This document shows positions 29,109 to 38,349 of a stretch of DNA of 59,327 nt, one piece after another. The notes beneath the pieces are model-generated. The model was not told the origin of the DNA. It did not search any database and saw only the letters and a list, made by a program, of their open reading frames with translations. Origin of the DNA: Thermoplasmata archaeon (lineage in GTDB: Archaea; Thermoplasmatota; Thermoplasmata; RBG-16-68-12; JAFNFQ01); NCBI GenBank assembly GCA_041489255.1, contig JBGPQV010000018.1:1-59327 (forward strand), written 5' to 3'. Numbering within the stretch: position 1 is the first letter of the stretch; every line of letters begins with the position of its first letter. A program made the position numbers and the translations under genes.

Positions 29109-29346
29109 ATTACTCGGTCCCCATGCCCATGTGAAGTCTATCCTTAGTCACCGCTGCGCCTGAGTGCCTCAAGTATCTCGAAGGCTCTCTTCTTGACGAC
29201 CTCTCCAGGCTCCTCCTCCAGAATACCGTACTCGGAGTTCAGGTCGTTTCATGGGTGAGGGAAGTGAATCAAGGTCGTTGGCGTGACTTCATACGAATAC
29301 CTGTCCCCCATAACTATAAGTCTCGCTTCTTGGGTTCATCAGGAGC

Positions 29347-30087
29347 ATGGATGCTGACACCATCATCGGATGGATTATCGCGGGTCTCGTGACCGCCGGG
29401 AGCGTTCTGTTTGCTCACTATCTCATGGGAAAGTGGAATGACAGGAGGGAGGATAGGTTGACCGTGTTCGAGCCGATACGTCGGGAAATGAACGCAATCG
29501 TCGAAATGGCAGACGTGGCCAAGTATGGCCACACTATCTGGACCCCCAGCGACGACTTCAAGGGGATTGTGGCACGAGGGGTGCTCCATCCCAAGAGGCT
29601 CAAGGACCTGCACGATGATGTCGACCGCCTCATGGCTCTCCTTGCAGAGCATGAATCAGCTTGGAAGATTTACTATAATACCCGAGTCGGGGCAATGGAA
29701 ACGGCCATGAGGAATACGGCGGTCAAGATCGTCGGAGGGGGGACAACGAACCTGCTCGACGCCGCGAGTTTCAGCCACAGCGATGATGAGCTTATGAGAG
29801 CCCTCGCATCAATGGATATAACGGAGTTCATGCCGCTCTTGGAAACGAAACTCAAGTGGCATCCACTGGCGAATATCGAGTGGCTGCAGATGAGCCGACC
29901 GTTCGAGAAGGTTTGTGAAGAGATACTCAATCTCGTCAAGCCGCAGAGCGACAAGTTCACCGCCTCGGCAACCGCCTTGCTGAATCAAGCCAAGAGAATC
30001 AGGGACGCCTTGGACCTCGCCATGAACCGGAGCTCCGGTTATTTACAATCGAAACCGCCTCCTGTCGACTTGAGCAAGGGAGTGTGA
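29347..30087 (+). CDS. Hypothetical protein with N-terminal TM helix
   Basis: IIGWIIAGLVTAGSVLFA followed by a helical domain; GGAG RBS. Confidence 0.65.
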   Translation: MDADTIIGWIIAGLVTAGSVLFAHYLMGKWNDRREDRLTVFEPIRREMNAIVEMADVAKYGHTIWTPSDDFKGIVARGVLHPKRLKDLHDDVDRLMALLAEHESAWKIYYNTRVGAMETAMRNTAVKIVGGGTTNLLDAASFSHSDDELMRALASMDITEFMPLLETKLKWHPLANIEWLQMSRPFEKVCEEILNLVKPQSDKFTASATALLNQAKRIRDALDLAMNRSSGYLQSKPPPVDLSKGV

Positions 30088-30127
30088 TCCTGATGCCGCC
30101 TTTCCGTGTTCGTGACCGGGGTGCCCG

Positions 30128-30709
30128 ATGACTGCTGTTTCATTCGGGACCGAAGACGACGTGCGCAGCCAAATCAAGCAACTGCAAGCAACCTGCACCC
30201 CCTACGAGCTTATTCGGACTTTCGATGATCCCAACGCCCCGTCGGTCGATTCCTCCATCCCGACGTTGTTCGTCGACCCGCCGACCATCTGGGCCAAGAA
30301 CCCGCTTGAGAATCAACAGGGAGACGAGCATCCATCGGGGGAATACGAATGGGAGGCTCATGAGGTGACCATGGGGCTTCACACCTTCGTTACTCTGGAG
30401 GTCTGGTGTCAGAGCGAACCCAGGCACACCTATCGTTTCCAATTCTGCATGGTCACCCCGAGCGGCCGCAAGATGGCCGCGATCCTCGCGGATACGACGA
30501 AGGGCGAGGACGGACGGTTGAACCGCTTCCCCGCCAGGTTCAACCTGCTCTTCAAAGTCCCGGAAGGATTCATGCCGTGCGCCGAGCCCATCAACGTGCA
30601 ACTCATGGGTACGTCGACGATGCTCGTGGCATCCGCCCTGATGCCGCCGGACGCCCTTCATGTCTATTCCGAGTCCGGGTGCCCGTTCTGCAAGGAAGTG
30701 GATCCCTGA
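30128..30709 (+). CDS. Hypothetical protein
   Basis: 193-aa ORF with coding-like codon use. Confidence 0.55.
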   Translation: MTAVSFGTEDDVRSQIKQLQATCTPYELIRTFDDPNAPSVDSSIPTLFVDPPTIWAKNPLENQQGDEHPSGEYEWEAHEVTMGLHTFVTLEVWCQSEPRHTYRFQFCMVTPSGRKMAAILADTTKGEDGRLNRFPARFNLLFKVPEGFMPCAEPINVQLMGTSTMLVASALMPPDALHVYSESGCPFCKEVDP

Positions 30710-30815
30710 CAATAGGTTTGGTGGGAGCAGTGATCGGGTATCCGATTATCGATTTCGGGGACCTCAATACCTACCAGCTAAGGTGGCGGGGGTTGTCTTG
30801 GAATCCTCCAAGGCC

Positions 30816-31019
30816 CTATGTCAGCGTCTTAATAGATGACGTTTCTTTCTCTTTCTCTACGTCTTTCTCTTTCTTTTGTGTTCTCTCTTTCTTTTTCTCT
30901 TGGAAATCGACCTCAGCCTTTTCGAGTTTCTTGGCGAGAAGTTCCTCCCGCCGCCGTAGTCGTTCTATACGACGAGATGAAGTATGAAGTAACAGTGTCC
31001 GGACCCGCTCATTGACCAT
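30816..31019 (-). CDS. Small K/E-rich hypothetical protein
   Basis: Low-complexity charged ORF. Confidence 0.35.
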   Translation of the reverse strand: MVNERVRTLLLHTSSRRIERLRRREELLAKKLEKAEVDFQEKKKERTQKKEKDVEKEKETSSIKTLT

Positions 31020-31197
31020 CCTGCCGCCATTGCTACATACCGTCGAAAAGCCTAATACCCATGAGCGTGCTATTATATGTCAGAGTGCGATAATTGAGTC
31101 CTCCAGCATCCGTATCAACCGTGAGAATCAGGACTGGGAGTGAATGCGGGGGGCTTAAGTATCAGGCGGCAATGAAACATTTAAGAGTCGATAACCC

Positions 31198-31488
31198 ATG
31201 CCCAAGAAGACAGGGAGAGGAACGGGAGTGAACCGCGACACTGCTAGGGTAGTATTCAAAGTGAACGTCTTCAAAGATGAGGACGGATATTTCGTGGCAT
31301 ACTGTGAGGAGATACCGGGATGCGCGTCCCAGGGCAAGACCCTCAAGGAAGCGCAGAGGAATTTTCTGGAAGCACTGATGGGATGTCTTGAGACCCTCGC
31401 AACGATGACGCCTCGCATAAAGACGAGGCCGACCTCAGGACCGCCGGTGACGACGAGCAGGATCGCCCTGACAGCAACTCCAGCTTAA
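31198..31488 (+). CDS. hicB: HicB-family antitoxin
   Basis: DEDGYFVAYCEEIPGCASQGKTLKEA. Confidence 0.9.
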   Translation: MPKKTGRGTGVNRDTARVVFKVNVFKDEDGYFVAYCEEIPGCASQGKTLKEAQRNFLEALMGCLETLATMTPRIKTRPTSGPPVTTSRIALTATPA

Positions 31489-31503
31489 CCCGGTGGCCGC
31501 CCC

Positions 31504-31734
31504 TTGGCAAAACTGCCACTGATCTCTGGAGCCAAAGCCATCAAGGTCTTCGAAGAGGCGGGATGGGTTCAGTGTCGACAGCACGGAAGCCACGTCATCC
31601 TGGTGAAAGCTGGAACGAGTATGATTCTAAGCGTGCCTCTCCACGATCCGCTAGGTCGAGGGCTCCTGCGTCACCTGATCAGAGTCTCGAATCTCACGGT
31701 TGAAGAGTTCTGCCGAATCCTTGACAGCACCTGA
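31504..31734 (+). CDS. hicA: HicA-family mRNA interferase toxin
   Basis: RQHGSHVIL..LSVPLH..LGRGLL..LTVEEF. Confidence 0.92.
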   Translation: MAKLPLISGAKAIKVFEEAGWVQCRQHGSHVILVKAGTSMILSVPLHDPLGRGLLRHLIRVSNLTVEEFCRILDST

Positions 31735-31765
31735 AAGACGGCTTCCGCTGACTAGCCTCCGGGAT

Positions 31766-32758
31766 TCATTGTGACATCGGCGGCTGATACGATTGCTGGT
31801 GGACTGTCGGGCGTCTTGGCCGTCGAATCAGGACCGCAACGACCAAGGCCGCTGATATGCCAACAATCAGGAGGAGTAGGAGCAAAGCCACGCTTGTGTT
31901 TGAGATCCCTCCGCCGCCTCCAGTGCCGTCTCCTGTGTTCCCACCGATTGGCCCGTTGGGAGTGGAGTCGCAGGTATCGCCGATCCCGTCATGGTCGGTG
32001 TCGGTCTGGCTGGGATTGTAATTGTACCGGCAGTTGTCCTGGGAATCGGGAATCCCATCGTTATCCGCATCCGGAGGCAGAGGGGCCGTCACCGATACGG
32101 AGACCGAATCCGAGGCCGTCCTTCCGAGCCCGTCCGTGACCGTTGCCGTTGCTGTGTAGGATCCCGCCGAATCATAGGTGTGCCCGAGCGAGGAACCGCT
32201 CCCTGTGTCTCCATCCCCGAATACCCATGAAACAGAGTATCCCCTGGCTGGGCCGGTCACCTGCCCGTTGAACGAGACGTACAACGGTGCTTGACCGGAA
32301 TTGGGATTTGCTGTCACGATCACTGAGAAAGGTTCTGGTGGGATTAGCACTGTTATCGTTTGACTCCAGCTGTGCGTCTCCGTCCACCAATCACCCACGG
32401 CCTTCCCGCTGACATCCGTTTCGACCGTGCAGCTCCCCGAATAGGTCTGCGATACCCTGATGGACCTGGTGAACGTCTTGTAGCCACCGCTCGAAATCGA
32501 TTCACTGGACCCATCGTCGTACTTGAAGTAATAGCCGCTGCCAGAAGTCTGCCAGCAGAAGTGGCTGAATATCCAGTACACGTCCAGGGTCCCGCTCACG
32601 TCGTTCCACAGCGTGAAATCGAAATCCACCAGCTCGTTCTGATAGACACTGACCGGGTCAATACACGCCCTCCCGGTCCACGCCGAAACGGGTAGCGCGG
32701 TCATTGACAATCCGATGCTCAACAGCATGCTCACTACAACTATCATTCTCTTCATCAT
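31766..32758 (-). CDS. Membrane-anchored surface protein with PKD domain and thrombospondin type-3 repeats
   Basis: Signal peptide; WVFGDG..HTY..AGSYTATATVTD; DADNDGIPDSQDNC..NPSQTDTDHDGIGDTCD; C-terminal TM. Confidence 0.88.
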   Translation of the reverse strand: MMKRMIVVVSMLLSIGLSMTALPVSAWTGRACIDPVSVYQNELVDFDFTLWNDVSGTLDVYWIFSHFCWQTSGSGYYFKYDDGSSESISSGGYKTFTRSIRVSQTYSGSCTVETDVSGKAVGDWWTETHSWSQTITVLIPPEPFSVIVTANPNSGQAPLYVSFNGQVTGPARGYSVSWVFGDGDTGSGSSLGHTYDSAGSYTATATVTDGLGRTASDSVSVSVTAPLPPDADNDGIPDSQDNCRYNYNPSQTDTDHDGIGDTCDSTPNGPIGGNTGDGTGGGGGISNTSVALLLLLLIVGISAALVVAVLIRRPRRPTVHQQSYQPPMSQ

Positions 32759-33010
32759 CGACCCTCCTCTCTCTTGTTCCTCCGCGCAGGACATCCCCCT
32801 TATGTCGGGTGGATCATTCCCCCGCGTCCTATCCTCGGAGGTAGATTCACTTATCATCTCATATAGCTTTGCCCGCGATCGGGGCTGGATGGGGCTTATG
32901 GGATGCGATTGGACATGTACCGTGCCAAACGCCTAAGGAAAACCCGGGGATGGGGCGTGTGTGTGCACCCTCATTCCCCAGGGTCAGCGGGATTGCGTCC
33001 CGCGTGACTG

Positions 33011-33865
33011 TCAAGCAATGTCCTGGACGGCCTCTCCTGATGCCCCCGGCTCCCCGATCAGTCTCGGCGTCCTTGAGGGAAACCGACTGTTGCGCCTGGC
33101 GGCGCAGACCTGTTGAACCTCGTTGAAGTCCCTCAGGCTCACGATTGCCGGATGATTCCCGTGCCTCAGGATTCCATCCCATTCGAGGACGCCGGCATAG
33201 ACGGGATTATGCAGGATGTGGGCCAGCCCCATCTTCGACCATTCCCTCCCATTCCTCGTCGTAATTCCCCTTATCCAGAGGTCCGTCCTCAAGTCCTCGA
33301 AGGATGCGCCCTCGCAGTATCGCGTGAACATCAACCTCACGGCCGCGGCTTCCGATTCCTCGATGGTCAGGCTGCCGTCTTTCAACCGAAAGCCGTATGG
33401 AACCGGCGAGCCGAGGAACCCGCCCCCGCTCTTGGCCTTCTGGCTCATCCCCATATAGACGCGCTCGCCTATTTGCTCGCTCTCGAGCTGCGCGATCCTC
33501 TGGATGATGTCGACGACGAAGCGCCCCATCGCGGTGCTGGTGTCGAGCGATTCGGTGGCGGAGACGAAATCCTTGCCCCATTTCTGGAGGTCGTCCATCA
33601 TCTCCATGAAGTTACGCGCGTTCCTGTGAATGCGGTCCATCTTGATGACGAGGATAGCGTCCCACTTCTCCCTGTCTTGCATCATCCTCTGATAGGCGGG
33701 CCTTTTGACGTTTCTCCCCGAATGCCCCTCGTCCACATAGGCGTCGGCTACCGTCCATCCCCGGGCCATGCAGTAGGCCAGTAACCTCTCTCGCTGCGCG
33801 TCAAGAGAGAAGCCTTCCTTGGCTTGGTCATCAGTGGAAACCCTTGTGTAGATTGCCGCGATCAT
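33011..33865 (-). CDS. Serine recombinase with recombinase domain (short LSR-type)
   Basis: AIYTRVSTDDQAKEGFSLDAQ, KMDRIHRN, PYGF, ILHNPVYAG, HPAIVS; no obvious Zn-ribbon/coiled-coil domain. Confidence 0.92.
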   Translation of the reverse strand: MIAAIYTRVSTDDQAKEGFSLDAQRERLLAYCMARGWTVADAYVDEGHSGRNVKRPAYQRMMQDREKWDAILVIKMDRIHRNARNFMEMMDDLQKWGKDFVSATESLDTSTAMGRFVVDIIQRIAQLESEQIGERVYMGMSQKAKSGGGFLGSPVPYGFRLKDGSLTIEESEAAAVRLMFTRYCEGASFEDLRTDLWIRGITTRNGREWSKMGLAHILHNPVYAGVLEWDGILRHGNHPAIVSLRDFNEVQQVCAARRNSRFPSRTPRLIGEPGASGEAVQDIA

Positions 33866-34137
33866 TGCCCTCCGTATCCATCGTCGGGGATGTCCTCGGG
33901 GCAGGGGCCGTCGTGGATCTCATAGCCCAGCATGCCCGCCTCACACTCGAGGAGATCTTGAACCTTGCCAGCCGAGGGTGGCTTCGCCGCGCAATTCCAC
34001 GCCACGAATCCCTTGCCGTACCATTTCACGGGCTTCCCGTTTATTCTCAGGCTGCTTACCCAACGCCACCGATCCTTCACAAATCGCCATCCAGTTTCCT
34101 CACCTGCGGTCTTCGATTCAACATCTCCCTCGCTCAT
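33862..34137 (-). CDS. Hypothetical protein coupled to the recombinase
   Basis: ATGA overlap with the recombinase start. Confidence 0.55.
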   Translation of the reverse strand: MSEGDVESKTAGEETGWRFVKDRWRWVSSLRINGKPVKWYGKGFVAWNCAAKPPSAGKVQDLLECEAGMLGYEIHDGPCPEDIPDDGYGGQ

Positions 34138-34482
34138 CGGATGTCTCCTGCCCTACGTGCGTCGGGGCGATGGGTCTTCGGAGTATATTTTAATTGCGGA
34201 GGACGATACCCTATCCGCGCGAAAGCGGGGGACGTTTGGTCTCCGAGTCCCTACGTGCAACAGGATTCTGAGATTGTCCCTCGCCGCGAATCATCAAGCT
34301 CCCGGTTTCCACGATTGTCCGTCAGCACTGAATGCGTTTTGAAACGGAGGGGTAGGCTTCCTAGAGAACGGCGGCAGAAACGTATGCCTTTAATCGCAAC
34401 CCATGTCCGGACATGCTAGGATACCTGATTGCGGGAAGCGATGCAAAAGCGGAAAAACCCTTACGACGGCCCCCTGACGCCC

Positions 34483-35253
34483 TCAGGAGCCTGTTTCCCC
34501 GAGGTCCCACCCCTCGAATCTCAGGTACGGCTTGATGCGCTTGCTCAGGATGCGCCATGTCGACGGGGATGCCTCGATGCCCATTGCCTTCCTGCCGAGC
34601 CTTGATGCCACGACGAGGGTCGTGCCGGTGCCCGCGTAGGGGTCCATGACGCGATCGCCCGGGCTCGAGAGACCGAGGATGAGCCACCTGACCAGCTCCT
34701 CGGGCTTCTGCGCGTAATGCCCGAGGGCCGTTCCCTCCCGCACGGATGGGCAGTAGATGACGTCGACCGGGAGACGCCATCCATCGCTTTCGCTCTCGAC
34801 GGATCCCAGTGTGGTCATGGCGCTATAATGAGACGGCGGGGCATGCTGCCGCCTGTGGTAGGGTTCCGCGAGCCATCCGAGCGCCCTCCTGTTGAACATC
34901 ATGGCGTCGGTCGGCGCATCCTTGCGGGCGAAGACGTGGATCAGTTCGTGGGCATGCAGGGGATGGAAGTTGCTCGACCACGGCATGCTCTGCTTGAGCC
35001 AGACGAGTTCGAACCTATGCCTCAGCCCGACCGACTCGAAGGCAACGAGGCATCTGGCCGCCATTGCCGCCATGCCGTGCAGGATCACCTGCCCGTCCGC
35101 CTTCAGTATCCTCTGGACTTCGACACCGAGATCCCGCCAGTCAGGGACCTTATCCCATTCCCCGCTCGTCGTGCCGTATGGCGGGTCGAGGTAGACGAGG
35201 TCGAACGAGCCGCCGGGCAACGCCTTGAGACGGTCCTCGGCTAGCCCGCTCAC
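34483..35253 (-). CDS. Orphan N6/N4 DNA methyltransferase (beta class)
   Basis: YLDPPY precedes QKP..L and VMDPYAGTGT. Confidence 0.9.
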   Translation of the reverse strand: MSGLAEDRLKALPGGSFDLVYLDPPYGTTSGEWDKVPDWRDLGVEVQRILKADGQVILHGMAAMAARCLVAFESVGLRHRFELVWLKQSMPWSSNFHPLHAHELIHVFARKDAPTDAMMFNRRALGWLAEPYHRRQHAPPSHYSAMTTLGSVESESDGWRLPVDVIYCPSVREGTALGHYAQKPEELVRWLILGLSSPGDRVMDPYAGTGTTLVVASRLGRKAMGIEASPSTWRILSKRIKPYLRFEGWDLGETGS

Positions 35254-35459
35254 CGCGATCGGGCGATACAATACGGGGGGGGGCCGTAGGACTCGATGTT
35301 GCGCACCCTCGCCTTGCCCTTGAAGTACCAGCGGCCGCGCAGGTAGTACCTGCCGTGGTCTTTAGTTAGAAAAACGCTCTTTGCTAGGCGGTCATAGGTT
35401 AGAAACCTGCTGTCGGTCTGGTCTTTTCTATCCCGGCAGCTCGGATGGAGCACATCCAT
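35250..35459 (-). CDS. Small basic hypothetical protein
   Basis: GRYYLRGRWYFKGK; overlaps the MTase start. Confidence 0.5.
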   Translation of the reverse strand: MDVLHPSCRDRKDQTDSRFLTYDRLAKSVFLTKDHGRYYLRGRWYFKGKARVRNIESYGPPPYCIARSR

Positions 35460-35545
35460 TTTCTAACTTCCCGGGGGTCCGGGACCCGTCGAGGTCGGGA
35501 CTGACCAGGCGTGATCGGCCAGTCTCGGGACGAGGATGCGCGGCT

Positions 35546-37012
35546 TCACCTGTACCGCCTCTTGCGCTTCTCGCGGTACACCATAAGGAGAATGAAGATG
35601 AAGCCGATGCCCGCGATGAAGACGAGCGCCCTGACGCCGTTGGGGCAATCGACCGGCATCTGCATCGCCACCTCCGCGCCGGACAGATAGACCGCCGTGG
35701 CCTTGACGATGTGATAGCGCGTCCCGACCTCCAGGGGGCTGTCGCCGACGGGGAGCGATACCCGGCCATTGGGGTCCGTCCTCACCGTTGAGCCGTCATC
35801 GAGCTGCCACCGGACCCAGACGACGTTGAGCTCGTAGTAGTCCTGGACATCGACGCAATCGAGCACCTGGAGGAGCGGATTGTATTGACAGAAGGGGATG
35901 GGAGGACGGAGGAGAGTTCCGCCGGTGTCGGTGATGGTGACGCGGGCAACAAGGAGGTCGATGGAATACGTCGTCTGCGTGGGGTCGGGGTTGGAGTATG
36001 TCCGTATGATGACGTCGCCTCTGGCGTCCGTCAGGTATCGGGTGTCGACATAGGGGGCGATGCAGAGTCCGGCGGCGACGGTGAGGCCGTTGATCTGCAT
36101 GGTGAATCCCTCGGTGTCGCCCGCGAGGGAACAACTCAGGAAGATTTCGACCTGGGAGACTTGCTCGGTCGGGACGTTGATGGTGGAGGAGATGTCGAGC
36201 CAGTAGGGAGTCTGGTAGGTGACGATGACGCCGGCGTAGGTGGCGGTCACATGTCTGTCGATACTAACAGCGGTCAAAGCTACTAAATTAAGGTCGAGAT
36301 CAGCCAAGTTCGTAGAAGTCCAAGCGTCGCCGTCGCAACTGAGAGGCCAATCATCTGTATAGTTAGCGAAGGCTTGAGTAATCACCGGATATGAATACGA
36401 ACATGCCCCAGACGAATCCTCTACCGTGAAAGAGAGTATGTGGGTATCTGTTTCATTCATTCTTGCCCAGACGAATACGGACACTCCCGTAATCACAGTA
36501 CTGACGGGCAAAAGCGGGTCTAAAAGATTGAACTGGTCAAGGTCTGCATCGTCGGTGGCATGATTGACGAGAGCCGCGATATAACTCGTGTTGTCGTCCG
36601 GTTCAAGCATCGCGCCAGGATACGGGCACGTCAACGCCCCGGTGTGATTCGCCGTGGGCAACCCGACGGGACAGGGAGGCGTATCGTAATAGACGTAATC
36701 CCAATCGACAGCGACATCGTTGAACGGCAGCATCATCACCGTCGTCGTCCCATTATTCGCTTCGGTCTTCGTATCCGAAACGCTGTCTCCTGCGCTCTCA
36801 GCGCTGAAGCCCGAGGAGGTGCCTTTGGTCACGCTCTCCGACACTAAGGGGTAGTCGATTATCTCGTCTGCCTTGGATGGATGCGCGGCGAGGAGGACGG
36901 GCATGAAGAGGAGGGTTGCCACCAAGAGGATGGTCAGTGGCTTGAGCCTGTTCTCGCCGCGCATCGGCAAGTTGCATTCATGTTCGTGCTCACCGGTTCG
37001 ATATGTTTTCAT
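35546..37012 (-). CDS. Secreted, C-terminally anchored beta-rich protein
   Basis: Signal-like LTILLVATLLFMPVLLAA; TM plus basic tail REKRKRRYR. Confidence 0.75.
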   Translation of the reverse strand: MKTYRTGEHEHECNLPMRGENRLKPLTILLVATLLFMPVLLAAHPSKADEIIDYPLVSESVTKGTSSGFSAESAGDSVSDTKTEANNGTTTVMMLPFNDVAVDWDYVYYDTPPCPVGLPTANHTGALTCPYPGAMLEPDDNTSYIAALVNHATDDADLDQFNLLDPLLPVSTVITGVSVFVWARMNETDTHILSFTVEDSSGACSYSYPVITQAFANYTDDWPLSCDGDAWTSTNLADLDLNLVALTAVSIDRHVTATYAGVIVTYQTPYWLDISSTINVPTEQVSQVEIFLSCSLAGDTEGFTMQINGLTVAAGLCIAPYVDTRYLTDARGDVIIRTYSNPDPTQTTYSIDLLVARVTITDTGGTLLRPPIPFCQYNPLLQVLDCVDVQDYYELNVVWVRWQLDDGSTVRTDPNGRVSLPVGDSPLEVGTRYHIVKATAVYLSGAEVAMQMPVDCPNGVRALVFIAGIGFIFILLMVYREKRKRRYR

Positions 37013-37016
37013 GAGA

Positions 37017-37289
37017 TCACTGCCTGGATGTCCTCCTGAGCGTCCCTCCCCCCTTCTTGGTCAATGTGACCATGATGCCATTCCCGTTGCCGATCGGCCC
37101 GACCTCGATGGTGCACTGGCCCATGAGGGCAAGGTCGTTCAGGTCGCGGGAGAGCGTCAGGCTGCCGACTCCATGCCGCTCTAGGATCACGGCGGCCAGG
37201 TTCTTGCGTGATGACTTGCCGCCCGATTCCTCGAGTGTGGATAGGATGTCCCGCAGCCTTTCGACGCGGAGGGTGTGCTTGGATGCCAT
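37017..37289 (-). CDS. Small winged-HTH protein
   Basis: SSRKNLA..GSLTLSRDLNDLALMG. Confidence 0.6.
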   Translation of the reverse strand: MASKHTLRVERLRDILSTLEESGGKSSRKNLAAVILERHGVGSLTLSRDLNDLALMGQCTIEVGPIGNGNGIMVTLTKKGGGTLRRTSRQ

Positions 37290-37300
37290 CCGGCCATGAT

Positions 37301-37320
37301 TATATCGTATCCGCGATATA
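37301..37320. promoter_or_regulatory. Palindromic operator TATATCG-N6-CGATATA
   Basis: Perfect 7-bp inverted repeat 12-31 nt upstream of the wHTH start. Confidence 0.55.
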
Positions 37321-37428
37321 GAAATAGTGAAAACATGATGTTTCTCTGACTGACCAATGTCCGCTTCGAGTGATCTGCCTCAAGTGGAATGATGCCAAGC
37401 GAGAATTATTCCGACCATGCTATAATAT

Positions 37429-37679
37429 CATCCCGCCAAAGCCCCTCCATAGGAGAGTTGCCCTGCAATGGAGAAAAGCGGTCGTTTACCCCGTATGAAA
37501 CGACATCAAAGCGGATTCCGTGGCCTCCTTAGTATGGAGGGGGACGCCAATTCGCTCCATATGCAGCGGGTCGTGGTGATCCCGAAGTGACATTGATTTC
37601 TAGCCGACGGTCAACGACTCCAGCTTGAGCGGCAGTTCGGATAGTCTTTGCGAGGCCGACCGGATCGCTGGCGGGGATG
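37429..37679. ncRNA. Candidate structured non-coding RNA or ssDNA element
   Basis: No ORF of 60 aa or more here; terminal pairing 37429-38/37669-79; 10-bp helix 37442-51/37533-42; internal hairpins. Confidence 0.4.
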
Positions 37680-37691
37680 CCTGTCTAATAT

Positions 37692-37952
37692 CTACTCCAA
37701 GCGTATCTTCGGCGGTGCTGGTAGAAGCCGGCACTCTTCGCAGAGATCATCATGCGGGACCCACCCGTAGAACATCCTACTACACCAGGCGCACCTGATG
37801 TATTTCCACTCATCCCTGATCTCGGCTACTGGCTCAGGCGGGGTAGCCTCAGCGATGCACCACAGGCATCCCTCTGTCTCCGGCTTCGTGTAGTCAGGCG
37901 CATAGGGTCCGTCATGGTGTCTTCCACATTTGATTCCCTTCTCCGTCTTCAT
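37692..37952 (-). CDS. Small zinc-finger protein
   Basis: CLWC, CAWC..CEEC. Confidence 0.55.
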   Translation of the reverse strand: MKTEKGIKCGRHHDGPYAPDYTKPETEGCLWCIAEATPPEPVAEIRDEWKYIRCAWCSRMFYGWVPHDDLCEECRLLPAPPKIRLE

Positions 37953-38030
37953 CTTGTTTATCTCACTACTGAGATAGGATAGCGGGGATTGGCTGCCCCG
38001 CTCCGGCGCCGGGATCCCGCCTGGCGAGCA

Positions 38031-38333
38031 CTAGTCATAGGCGTGGTCGTGGTGCTCGAAGCGCACGAGGACGACCTTCCTACCCTCGACCGTCCACATG
38101 AGAACCCACGGGCCGATGTGGACGCCGTAGCACCCCTTGAGTTCATACTTCTTCGGAGTCCCCATATCGAAGGGGTTTCGCAGGACCTCCTCGAGCTTCT
38201 CCTGAATCCGCTCCAGCAGGATGGGGTCCTTCTTCTTGAGCTTCTTGAAGGCTCTCTCTAGCTTGGGAGGAATCACCAACTCGTACCCATTTCGACCGGG
38301 CCCGGCCAAAGACACCGCCTCCTCACCGGACAC
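38031..38333 (-). CDS. RelE/YafQ-family toxin
   Basis: RAFKKLKKKD..LKGCYGVHIGPWVLMW..FEHHDHAY. Confidence 0.85.
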   Translation of the reverse strand: MSGEEAVSLAGPGRNGYELVIPPKLERAFKKLKKKDPILLERIQEKLEEVLRNPFDMGTPKKYELKGCYGVHIGPWVLMWTVEGRKVVLVRFEHHDHAYD

Positions 38334-38349
38334 CGGGATGGGCCAGCCC

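Noticed and set aside
29144-29311. Minus-strand ORF with an in-frame TGA at 29249-29251 (possible recoding)
   Set aside because: Short, no recognisable family or SECIS; more likely a fragment or chance.
37334-37415. C/D-box sRNA-like words (ATGATG, CTGA)
   Set aside because: Box spacing is incompatible with 10-12-nt guides.
37429-37679. RNase P, SRP or hammerhead identity for the structured segment
   Set aside because: Their conserved core motifs were not found on either strand.
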